A stretch of 64,000 nucleotides of DNA from an uncultured Mageeibacillus sp. (GTDB taxonomy: Bacteria; Bacillota; Clostridia; Saccharofermentanales; Saccharofermentanaceae). Below the pieces are notes generated by a model that had not been told where the DNA came from, did no database searches, and was given only the letters and a program-made list of their open reading frames with translations. Position 1 is the first letter of the stretch; each line of letters opens with the position of its first letter. The position numbers and the translations under genes are program-made. This document shows, piece after piece, positions 18,860-27,664 of this stretch. The stretch lies in contig CAZTXQ010000004.1 of the NCBI GenBank assembly GCA_964617375.1, positions 34,546 to 98,545 of the forward strand. Direction: 5' to 3'.

Positions 18860-21769
18860 ATGAACCGATCATCTATTCACGTATCTTTTTCTTTCAAAGC
18901 CATTCGAAAACAACTCTATCTGTTGCTGGCTATGTTATTCCTTCTCTCGAATATTCCGTTTACGGTAGCCGCCGGCGCAGAGGATGCTCCTCATTCCGAA
19001 ACAGCCATTGCCGCCCATAGTGCGGAAAGCCTCCGCTGGAGTTCGCCGCTTCTCTTCAAAGATAATGAAGTCGATCCGGCGACCTTGAACGGCGGACCGT
19101 TACTGACGCTCACCAAACTTACCAACGGAGCGGACGGAAGCTTTATTCCGGCCGGATCAGAAGTAACATGGACGTATACCGCAACAAACTGCGGCATTGT
19201 TGATCTGTATCACGTAATCATAACGGATTCGAATCTCGGCTTTATAGGTATAATCCCTACTCTTCCCGTTGGCGCTTCAGAGACGCTCACCAGGATCGGA
19301 ACCGCAATTTCCGGACCTTATGCAAACATGGGTTATGCGCAAGGTTTCTTCTCCTTGGGAGGGGAACCGCTTCCGCCGGAATCCTTTGATCCATGCTGTC
19401 TCCCGCCTGTTATACTTCCAACCTTTGCGTTTGACGGAAGTTGCTACTTTGGTTCTGAACCTTCGATCGCAATCGACAAAACAACCAATGATTTCGACGG
19501 ACAGTATATCCTGACCGGCGATGCCATTACCTGGTCCTACAAAGTAACCAATACCGGAAACGTAACTTTGACCAATGTCCGGGTTGACGACTCCGTTGCG
19601 GGACCTGTCGGAACAATCGCCTCTCTTGCTCCCGGGGAGTCGCAAACGCTGACTCTTGCGGGAACTGCCATTGCAGGTGCATATAAAAACACAGGAATCG
19701 CTGTCGGAACGCCTCCTGTCGGCGAAGAAGTAAATTCGAGCGACGACAGCGGTTATTACGGAATTCATCCTTCGCTCTCCATCAGTAAATTAACAAATGG
19801 TGCCGATGCGGCGAAGATTCTCGTCGGAGATCCGATTGAGTGGACTTATGACGTTACCAACGACGGCAATGTCGATTTGGTATCCATTACGGTAACCGAT
19901 TCCGACCCGGCAATCGGTGTAGTCGGAACGATCGACAGTCTGCTTGTCGGCCAGACAGCAACCCTGAGCCGCATGGGAACAGCGACGGCGGGCGCTTATG
20001 CCAATACAGGCACAGCAACCTGCGAATACTCGCTCGAGCAAGGCAGTATTGATTTGATGTGTATCGAAACGCCTCCCGACTGTACTCCGGCTCCTACCGG
20101 TACTCCTCAACCGATCCAAACAACGGTATCGGCCAGTGACGACAGCAGCTACTTCGGAGTTTCGCCCGCAATCACTATGTCGAAAACAACGAACGGGACC
20201 GACGGTTCCATGATTCTCAAAGGCAGTCCGATTGTCTGGACATACACGGTCACCAATACGGGCAACAGCGTACTTACGAATGTTACCGTTACAGATTCCG
20301 ATCCTGCGATCGGAGAAGTCGGTACCATCGCGACGCTCGCTCCCGGCGAGACACAATCACTCACGGCTAACGGAACGGCCGGAACCGGAGCTTACGATAA
20401 CACAGGATCGGTTCACGGTACGCCGGAAGCCGGCGCAGACGTAACAGCCGCGGATTCGAGCTCGTATTTCGGAGCCGATCCGGTCGTTGGCATATCAAAA
20501 ACCACCAATGATCTTGACACAGGCAGCTTCCCCGTCGGCACAGCGCTTACATGGAAGTATACGATCAGCAATCTTGGAAACATCGAAATTGTAAATATTA
20601 AAATTACGGATTCGATGGAGGGCGATGTCGGCACGATTCCCTCGCTCGCTCCCGGCGAAACGGCAGCACTTACACTCACCGGAACAGCCGTTGCCGGAGC
20701 CTATACGAACACCGGAACGGCGACTGCAAATTATGAATTGCTTCCTGCTCCCTCCTCGGTCCAAAGCATGAATCTCTTACTGAACGGCGAGGAAGGAAAT
20801 CAGGTAACCGCGTCCGATGACAGCAGCTATTTCGGCTATACGGCGAGTCTTTCTGTGAATAAAACCACAAACGGCGGAGACGGAATTACGCTGGACGTAG
20901 GTGACACAATTACCTGGTCGTACGAAGTAACGAATACCGGAAACGTAACGGTCACGAACATTACGGTAACGGACTCGGATCCTGATATCGGTCAGGTAGG
21001 TACGATCGCATCTCTTGCTCCCGGAGAATCCCAGACGTTAACCGCGTCCGGAACTGCGGAGGCAGGCGATTACAGCAACACCGGAACCGTGAGCGGTCAA
21101 CCGGTTGCTGCCGATGATTCTGCAATCGGAGATGTCATTACAGCTTCCGATGCCAGCAGCTACTTCGGTTCCGGACCGGCGATTGACATCGCCAAGACGG
21201 TTCAGAATATCACCACGGCAGGAGCTGCCGGAAAGACAGCGACCGGCGCACCGGGTGACGATTTCAAATTCACTCTTGTCGTAAAGAATACCGGAAATAA
21301 AGATCTTTCTCAGATCCTGATTACGGACAGCAAGGCCGCAGTCGGTTCTGCGGTAACGGTAGACGGTACGCCGAAGAACTGGGCATCGGGCGCCGGCGGA
21401 ATTGCCACGCTGGAGCTGACAGGCCTTGCCGCGGGAGCGAGTTCAACGATCACCTACACACTTGACACCGCAGCGGGTGATGGAACGCTGATCATGCTGA
21501 ACGTAGCGACGGTTTCCGCAATGGATCTTTCAACGGAGAAACAGGTCGAAGATACGGATGTCGCAACACTATCGACGTCATCGGTACTCGGAGCCGTACG
21601 GTCTACACCGACACCGACACCGAATTCGTCGAGTGTTCTCGGAGCAGCCCGAACCGGTGAAGCCTTCGGGTTTGCGGATTGGATCGGAACGCTGTTCCTG
21701 CTCGCGGCAGCCGGCCTTACACTTCGACTTGTGATTCGTAAAGAAGAGAAGTCGATGCATAACAAATAA
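18860..21769 (+). CDS. secreted surface protein with seven DUF11-like (conserved repeat domain) modules and a C-terminal membrane anchor or sorting tail
   Basis: The RBS is gagtggagg. There is a signal peptide. The recurring module is K(T)TNG.DG..(I)..G..I.W.Y.VTNTGNV.L.N(I)TVTDS...G.VGTI.SLAPGE(S/T)..LT..GTA..G.Y.NTG. The C-terminus has a TM helix followed by RKEEK. Confidence 0.85.
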   Translation: MNRSSIHVSFSFKAIRKQLYLLLAMLFLLSNIPFTVAAGAEDAPHSETAIAAHSAESLRWSSPLLFKDNEVDPATLNGGPLLTLTKLTNGADGSFIPAGSEVTWTYTATNCGIVDLYHVIITDSNLGFIGIIPTLPVGASETLTRIGTAISGPYANMGYAQGFFSLGGEPLPPESFDPCCLPPVILPTFAFDGSCYFGSEPSIAIDKTTNDFDGQYILTGDAITWSYKVTNTGNVTLTNVRVDDSVAGPVGTIASLAPGESQTLTLAGTAIAGAYKNTGIAVGTPPVGEEVNSSDDSGYYGIHPSLSISKLTNGADAAKILVGDPIEWTYDVTNDGNVDLVSITVTDSDPAIGVVGTIDSLLVGQTATLSRMGTATAGAYANTGTATCEYSLEQGSIDLMCIETPPDCTPAPTGTPQPIQTTVSASDDSSYFGVSPAITMSKTTNGTDGSMILKGSPIVWTYTVTNTGNSVLTNVTVTDSDPAIGEVGTIATLAPGETQSLTANGTAGTGAYDNTGSVHGTPEAGADVTAADSSSYFGADPVVGISKTTNDLDTGSFPVGTALTWKYTISNLGNIEIVNIKITDSMEGDVGTIPSLAPGETAALTLTGTAVAGAYTNTGTATANYELLPAPSSVQSMNLLLNGEEGNQVTASDDSSYFGYTASLSVNKTTNGGDGITLDVGDTITWSYEVTNTGNVTVTNITVTDSDPDIGQVGTIASLAPGESQTLTASGTAEAGDYSNTGTVSGQPVAADDSAIGDVITASDASSYFGSGPAIDIAKTVQNITTAGAAGKTATGAPGDDFKFTLVVKNTGNKDLSQILITDSKAAVGSAVTVDGTPKNWASGAGGIATLELTGLAAGASSTITYTLDTAAGDGTLIMLNVATVSAMDLSTEKQVEDTDVATLSTSSVLGAVRSTPTPTPNSSSVLGAARTGEAFGFADWIGTLFLLAAAGLTLRLVIRKEEKSMHNK
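19103..21469 (+). repeat. seven in-frame tandem domain repeats of about 105-130 aa each inside the surface-protein gene
   Basis: The repeats start near LTKLTNGADGS, IAIDKTTNDFDG, LSISKLTNGADA, ITMSKTTNGTDG, VGISKTTNDLDT, LSVNKTTNGGDG and IDIAKTVQNITT. Divergence shows mainly at the DNA level, while the protein motif is retained. Confidence 0.8.
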
Positions 21770-21843
21770 CAGAAAACGAAGAGCAAATGGTAAAGTGAAA
21801 CGGTGTGTCCGGATTCTCTGATCCGGACAAGAAAACAAAAAAA

Positions 21844-21882
21844 AGGAGCGCGTTTTATGGATAATCCCAAAAGCGCGCTCCT
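21844..21882. terminator. bidirectional intrinsic terminator between convergent genes
   Basis: aggagcgcg (21844-21852) pairs with cgcgctcct (21874-21882), and the stem is extendable through tttt/aaaa. An A8 run lies upstream and T5 downstream. Confidence 0.7.
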
Positions 21883-21901
21883 CTTTTTGTGAATCCCTCA
21901 A

Positions 21902-22852
21902 TTAATCCAGCTTCAGCCGTCTGTACAATTCACCGACGGGAAGCCCCATAACCGTATAAAAATCGCCCTTGATTCCGCGGATAAAGAGCGCTCCCATATC
22001 CTGTATACCGTATGAGCCTGCCTTATCAAGCGGCAGACCGCTCCGGACATACTCTTCTGCCATTGCCTTCTCCTGCTCTCCCCACGGGAAGAACGCGACT
22101 CGCGTCGTTGTAAAGAACGTCTCGCTTCTCTCGCGGCTGCGGATACTGACACCGGTAAACACATGGTGTTCACGTCCCGCAAGCGTTCGAAGCATCTGTA
22201 ACGCGTCCTCCGGCGAAGAAGGTTTCCCGAGTATCTCCTCATCAATCGTAACAATCGTATCGGAACCGATGACGACACACTCCGGGTTATTTCCAAGTAT
22301 CTTCTCTGCTTTTGCCGCAGCTAAGGCCATCACCGTGCATGCGGCCCTTACGCCGAAAGGCTCCGCTCTATAGTCCGTCTGAATTCTTGCTGTAAGTGCG
22401 TCTTCATCAAGTGATGGAACGGCACAGGTGAACGGAATATTCAGGAGACCGAGCAGTTCCCTTCGTCTCGGCGACTGGCTGGCCAGTATTAGGCCGGTAC
22501 GGGATGCCTCTGAGGCGGAATACACGGATGTTTCGCCGGAATCCGGAAAACGGAACGGTCCTGATTCTTCGGTAATCCGATTCGAAAGACCGCTTCGCAT
22601 GTCTTCGTCAAAAAGATCAATCTCTTCGGTTTCCCAGCCGTCCTGATCTCTTAAAAGGACCTGTCTGATACCGGGCGTCTTTCTCAGAAGACCGAGTATC
22701 TCCAGAACATTCGCGGAATGTTCCGTCGCGGCTGTCACGCCTTCGCCGGTCCGGCAAATTGTCTTAAAATCCTGTGTTTCCTTAAGGATAAGATCCAGAG
22801 TCCTGTCCGCCGAATCACGGTTTATAAAAGTAAGGTAAAAAGTGTATGCCAT
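21902..22852 (-). CDS. maf: Maf-family nucleoside-triphosphate pyrophosphatase with an N-terminal extension of about 125 aa
   Basis: The C-terminal roughly 190 aa carry LILASQSPRRRELL, GSDT(I)V and AGSYGIQ Maf signatures. The N-terminal 125 aa have ordinary coding composition but no family I recognise. Confidence 0.8.
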   Translation of the reverse strand: MAYTFYLTFINRDSADRTLDLILKETQDFKTICRTGEGVTAATEHSANVLEILGLLRKTPGIRQVLLRDQDGWETEEIDLFDEDMRSGLSNRITEESGPFRFPDSGETSVYSASEASRTGLILASQSPRRRELLGLLNIPFTCAVPSLDEDALTARIQTDYRAEPFGVRAACTVMALAAAKAEKILGNNPECVVIGSDTIVTIDEEILGKPSSPEDALQMLRTLAGREHHVFTGVSIRSRERSETFFTTTRVAFFPWGEQEKAMAEEYVRSGLPLDKAGSYGIQDMGALFIRGIKGDFYTVMGLPVGELYRRLKLD

Positions 22853-22893
22853 ATTTGAGCTTCCTCTCCGCAGGAGATTATGGGAATATCAGC

Positions 22894-23799
22894 TCATTTA
22901 TTATAATGGAACATTTGGAGGAGCGCATCCGCAAATTCATAATCGACGCGAAGATTCTTTATAGTCGTCTTCGACGTCTTTCGATTCCGATTGTCCAAGG
23001 CTATCTCGTTAATATCGATATAGTTCTCTGTATAATCGCCGGAATGATGAAGGGTGATCTCCGTATAATTTCTCTGGGAAAAGGTATTGAGATCGAGTGA
23101 CCGGATGACTTCCGTCGGATTCTTCTCAAGATCCGAGACTCTGGTCTTGGTCTGAAAATACGGAAGCGCAAAAGTCTTCGGATACTTGACGGCCCATTTT
23201 CCCTCGGACTCAATAAATGGCTTCTTGGTCTGACTGATCACAGGGAATAGCATACACAGATAGATCAGAGCAATTTCGATAATCCAGACGATTCCGAGCA
23301 GGACTCCGTTCACGGCAGAGGAATCGCTCCCCGAACTCGTATGGCTGCTCGACATGGACCAGGTTCCTTCCTGATTGATTGCACCGATCATCTGGATGAA
23401 ATCCAGGGGGTGAGTGATTAGTGAGGGAGCATATGAGATATAGGAAGCTGCACCGTCATAGATATCCGAAGCGATAAAGCTCACATAAAAGATCCATTTG
23501 AAATACGTAAGAAACAAGTAGCCGAGTGTGACCGCAAGCAAAGCAACCACAACGCTTCGCATCTTAAACCACTTGCACAGGAGGCCAGCCAGCCAGCCCA
23601 GAGCTAATCCGAATAATATTGTAACGATAATCGTAAGCTTGATATACGGACAGACTCGTATAAGAAACAGATACGGAATGCTGATAGCAGAACCGATGAT
23701 AGCCACTCCGAAAAAGATCGAGAAGAAACCCGCGACCGATGATTGCTGCGATGGTGCATAGTATTTCGACGTCATAATAATCATTGCTCCTTTACTCAT
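22894..23799 (-). CDS. hypothetical polytopic membrane protein with a soluble C-terminal domain
   Basis: About 5-6 hydrophobic helices are followed by a roughly 110-aa hydrophilic tail. The gene lies in a visibly AT-richer stretch. No family recognised. Confidence 0.45.
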   Translation of the reverse strand: MSKGAMIIMTSKYYAPSQQSSVAGFFSIFFGVAIIGSAISIPYLFLIRVCPYIKLTIIVTILFGLALGWLAGLLCKWFKMRSVVVALLAVTLGYLFLTYFKWIFYVSFIASDIYDGAASYISYAPSLITHPLDFIQMIGAINQEGTWSMSSSHTSSGSDSSAVNGVLLGIVWIIEIALIYLCMLFPVISQTKKPFIESEGKWAVKYPKTFALPYFQTKTRVSDLEKNPTEVIRSLDLNTFSQRNYTEITLHHSGDYTENYIDINEIALDNRNRKTSKTTIKNLRVDYEFADALLQMFHYNK

Positions 23800-23911
23800 A
23801 TGCGAATCATTCTAGCATTGTGGCAAGCTGCACGCAATGATATAAGTCTGATATTTTTTACATATTGCACGGGATGCGGTGATATAATGAGATAAAAAGG
23901 GGTGATGAGAT

Positions 23912-24142
23912 ATGATTACATGTCCAAAATGCGGTTTTAAAGATCATATTGAAGGCGCGGTATTCTGTCAGAACTGCGGCCAGCACATCGGAATCAACTA
24001 CTGTACCAACGCGGATTGTCCCAAAGGAGTTCAGCCCAGACTGCCCGAAGATGCGCGCTTCTGCCCGTTCTGCGGCAAAAAAACGTATTTTTCGGATATC
24101 GGAATTTTCTCGTCGGAGGAATCGTATCCGTTTCCCTTATAA
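23912..24142 (+). CDS. double zinc-ribbon protein
   Basis: 76 aa with CPKC...CQNC and C..DC...CPFC pairs. The RBS aaaaggggtgatgag lies upstream. Confidence 0.6.
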   Translation: MITCPKCGFKDHIEGAVFCQNCGQHIGINYCTNADCPKGVQPRLPEDARFCPFCGKKTYFSDIGIFSSEESYPFPL

Positions 24143-24148
24143 CGCGAT

Positions 24149-25732
24149 CTAGACTTTATCCGTAGTTTCCTGATCGGACGAATCTTTCATCCGGTCATCA
24201 TAGATCACGACTCTGTTGCGCCCGGTCTGCTTCGCACGATAGAGCGCACGGTCCGCGCGTCTGTAAAAGGCTGAAAAGGACTCGCCCGGAGCTCTTTCGG
24301 CCACGCCCAGGCTGGCGGTAATCCGGCCCGCCTGAGGGTGTTCTTTCTCTTCGATCCGCTTCCGGATCTTCTCGGCAGCTTCCGCCGCACCGAGGATGTC
24401 GGTCTTCGGAAGGAGAATCTCGAATTCTTCGCCGCCGAGGCGTACGAGCACGTCAGCCTTTCTGATACACTCCCCGATAATGTTTGCCGTTTGGACAAGT
24501 ACCTCGTCTCCGACCGGATGTCCGTATTTGTCGTTTACCCTCTTGAAATAGTCAATATCAATCGTTATCAGGGATAAGGTTTCCTGATAACGGTCGGAAT
24601 GGTACATCGCTTTATCCATAACCGAATCAAGATACCTTCTGTTCTTTAATCCTGTCAAAGGATCCGTCAGCGAAATTTCGCGAATCTGATTCTCGGCTCT
24701 CTTACGGAATTCCACCTCCCTGAACGCGAGGAACAGGAGTATTGCGATGATAAAAATCGGAATGGAGCGGATCAACGCATCAAGCAGAATGGTGCCTCTC
24801 GGTTCTATGATGTAGAGTGTCCAAGGAGCGTCGCTGAAAGTCATCTTATACACGAAGTGATCGCCGATGATCTGAACTCTGTTGTCAGCGGTGTTGCCCA
24901 GGCCCTTTATATCGCTTTCGGACAAGTCGTCAATGTCAGAAAGTTTCCTGATTTCGGTATTTTCGGAAAGATTTCCGTCCGCAATAATCGTACCGTACGG
25001 AGTGACCAGATATCCCTGATAGTCCGTCGCGAGAAACCGGTCCAGGCGGTTCGTGTCAAGATCAATCGAAACGACTCCCATAAAGAGATTCTCCTGATAT
25101 AAAGGATTCGAGATTGTAACTATCAAACCTTTCCCGGCAGCATCCAGATACACATCCGTCCAGACAGCACTTCGGGAAGGATTGTTCGCGGGAGTTGCGA
25201 CCGAATAGAAAGTGACATCCCGAAGACCGTCGTAATACGCGAAATCCTTCGACTCTATATAGGGATACATCATGATAAAATCAAATTCACTCGTGTAATA
25301 AATCCAGGCGAGATCCGGATAACGGCCATAGAATCCCTTGAAGAAATCGTTCAGGTTGAGAGCGAGATTCAGACTCTCCTTCGCCGCTCCTATGGTCGGG
25401 ACGGTTCCCGCTCCGGTAAGATTGCCGACCGGAGAACCGAAAATCGCGCCGTTCAGTCCATCGAGGGAATACATGTTTTTCCCGGAATCATATACGAGTT
25501 TGCCCGCAAGGAACGGCTCGTCTTCATTCTTCGAGGCGAAGTATTTCTCCCCGTAAATCGAAAGCCCGCTGATGATAAAATTCGCGGGTCGTATCGCATC
25601 TCCGATGTCCAGCTGTTCCCGTTTCGCCGTTTCGGCGAAATCATTGAGCACGGCTATATAGTTGACGGCAAAAGACGCCAGAATCAGCGCGATTGAAAGA
25701 ACAAACTTGAATGCCCTGCTTAAGCTTCTCAT
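24149..25732 (-). CDS. diguanylate cyclase with an extracytoplasmic Cache-like sensor (TM-Cache-TM-GGDEF)
   Basis: The layout is an N-terminal TM helix, a roughly 280-aa periplasmic-type domain, a second TM helix, then a GGDEF domain with an intact GGEEF active site and an RKAD I-site five residues upstream. Confidence 0.85.
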   Translation of the reverse strand: MRSLSRAFKFVLSIALILASFAVNYIAVLNDFAETAKREQLDIGDAIRPANFIISGLSIYGEKYFASKNEDEPFLAGKLVYDSGKNMYSLDGLNGAIFGSPVGNLTGAGTVPTIGAAKESLNLALNLNDFFKGFYGRYPDLAWIYYTSEFDFIMMYPYIESKDFAYYDGLRDVTFYSVATPANNPSRSAVWTDVYLDAAGKGLIVTISNPLYQENLFMGVVSIDLDTNRLDRFLATDYQGYLVTPYGTIIADGNLSENTEIRKLSDIDDLSESDIKGLGNTADNRVQIIGDHFVYKMTFSDAPWTLYIIEPRGTILLDALIRSIPIFIIAILLFLAFREVEFRKRAENQIREISLTDPLTGLKNRRYLDSVMDKAMYHSDRYQETLSLITIDIDYFKRVNDKYGHPVGDEVLVQTANIIGECIRKADVLVRLGGEEFEILLPKTDILGAAEAAEKIRKRIEEKEHPQAGRITASLGVAERAPGESFSAFYRRADRALYRAKQTGRNRVVIYDDRMKDSSDQETTDKV

Positions 25733-25819
25733 ATTCAGCCTCGCGTCCCAAAAAACTGCAATTTTACGTCACAGCGCGCTGTCAGCCGGATGATCGGGCT
25801 CAACATTTATGATAACTAA

Positions 25820-27604
25820 TTATATCATAATCGGCTCCGTTTGATCCTTCAGCCAGCTCTTATGTTCTTCGTCGAGAAACGGGCTTAATTTGTCGTAAAC
25901 ATCGGCGTGATAACGGTTGAGCCAGCCCTTTTCAAAATCGTCAAGCATCCCGGGTACGATCGCACGAAGGTCGATCGGAAGAAAGCAAAGTGTCTCAAAA
26001 CGCATAAAGGTTCCGTCGTGAGTCATCCCGTCCTCGACGATCAGAAGCGTGTTTTCCGTCCGTATTCCGTGCTTTCCTTCTTTGTAAACGCCCGGTTCGA
26101 CCGTAATGATCATTCCCTTTTCGAGTCTTGCGCCGGCTGCCGTTTTGGCGAAGCGCTGAGGAGCTTCATGCACAGTCGAGAAGTATCCGACGCCGTGACC
26201 GGTTCCGCACTTGTAATCCATGCCTCTCTGCCACATCGGCATGCGAGCCAGCACGTCGAGATTCGGTCCCGTCGCACCGTACAGGAACTTAGCCGAGGAG
26301 AGCGCAATCAGCGATTTGAGCGTCAGGGTAAAATCCGTCTTCTCCTCTTCTGTCAATTCGCCGAGAGCTATTGTTCTTGTGATGTCCGTCGTCCCGTTCA
26401 GGAACTGACACCCCGAGTCCAGAAGGAAAAAACCGTGCGGCTCGAGAACCGCGTTCGATTCCGGTTTCGGTGCATAATGCATCATCGCGGCATTCCTGCC
26501 GTAGGCGGCAATCGTCCCGAAGCTTAAGCCTTTGAATAGAGGCAGCTCCCTGCGGAATTCGAGACCTCTCTCATCGACTTCAAGTTCGGTTACGGGTCTT
26601 TTCGAAACAGTATCGTCAATCCACTTGAAAAGCCGGACGAGTGCCGTCGCATCCTTAAGATAGGAATCGCGTATGTTTCTGATCTCCGTATCGTTCTTTA
26701 TAGCCTTCATCGGTATGACAAGGCTCTCGCCTTCGATCACGCGGATCTCCGGCCGGATCGATCCCGTGATGCGGACATTCGTTTTCTCGGGATCATAAAG
26801 CAGAGAAACACTGCCTTCCAGTCCGCGGACCGCTTCATAAACCGCGTCGTATTCTTTAATATCGATCCGGTCATTGCTTAAGCTCCTGCGGACCTCGTCC
26901 GGGAATTTTCTCAGATTCGCGAAAAGGACGGCCTCTTCTCTTCCGATCAGCGCAAAAGCCGTGACAAAAGGATTGTACGGTACGTCGCTTCCGCGGATGT
27001 TAAAGAGCCAGCAGATTTCATCGACGGCCGTCAGAACGTAATAGTCCGCCCGGGCGTTCGCCATTCCCGCACGAACCTTCGCGAGCTTCTCGCCGCGGCT
27101 TCTTCCTGCGTATATTTCCTCGTGCACGAAAACGGGATCCGGAGATATTTCGGGTCTGTCACTCCAGACCGTTTCGAAAGGATCGCTCTCCGTGAGAAAA
27201 ACTGCCGGTTTGCCGGTCAAGGCCTTCTCGAGTGTTCTCCGGTTTTCGATCGACAGTACCCGTCCGTCGGCGGCAATGCGGCCGCCTTCCCCGATCTGTC
27301 CGGCAATCCAATCCTCGCAAGTCGGGACGCCCGCTTCTCCCATCTTAAAAAGCCGGATGCCGGAACCGTCAAGCTCCTTCTCCGCCTGAATGAAATAGCG
27401 GCCGTCGGTCCAGAGTCCCGCGTCGTCTGCCGTAATAACCGCCGTTCCGGCCGATCCGGTAAAGCCGGTAAGCCAGGCTCTGGATCTCCAATGGAGTCCC
27501 GTATATTCGCTCATATGCGCATCAGAGCTCGGCACATAGCAAATGTCCGCGCCCTTATCCATCATCCATTCTCTGAGAAGCTTAAGTTTTTCGGTTGTTT
27601 TCAT
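25820..27604 (-). CDS. Xaa-Pro aminopeptidase (M24B, aminopeptidase P-like)
   Basis: I chose the start at MKTTEKLKLLREWM, which has an aggag RBS. A creatinase/prolidase-type N-terminal domain is followed by an M24 pita-bread domain (HGVGYF..VHE, EPG.Y). Confidence 0.85.
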   Translation of the reverse strand: MKTTEKLKLLREWMMDKGADICYVPSSDAHMSEYTGLHWRSRAWLTGFTGSAGTAVITADDAGLWTDGRYFIQAEKELDGSGIRLFKMGEAGVPTCEDWIAGQIGEGGRIAADGRVLSIENRRTLEKALTGKPAVFLTESDPFETVWSDRPEISPDPVFVHEEIYAGRSRGEKLAKVRAGMANARADYYVLTAVDEICWLFNIRGSDVPYNPFVTAFALIGREEAVLFANLRKFPDEVRRSLSNDRIDIKEYDAVYEAVRGLEGSVSLLYDPEKTNVRITGSIRPEIRVIEGESLVIPMKAIKNDTEIRNIRDSYLKDATALVRLFKWIDDTVSKRPVTELEVDERGLEFRRELPLFKGLSFGTIAAYGRNAAMMHYAPKPESNAVLEPHGFFLLDSGCQFLNGTTDITRTIALGELTEEEKTDFTLTLKSLIALSSAKFLYGATGPNLDVLARMPMWQRGMDYKCGTGHGVGYFSTVHEAPQRFAKTAAGARLEKGMIITVEPGVYKEGKHGIRTENTLLIVEDGMTHDGTFMRFETLCFLPIDLRAIVPGMLDDFEKGWLNRYHADVYDKLSPFLDEEHKSWLKDQTEPIMI

Positions 27605-27664
27605 GTTGTCACTCCTGATTGTTATTTCTATTCGAATCCGTCCAAACAAATCCATTTGCTGAAT

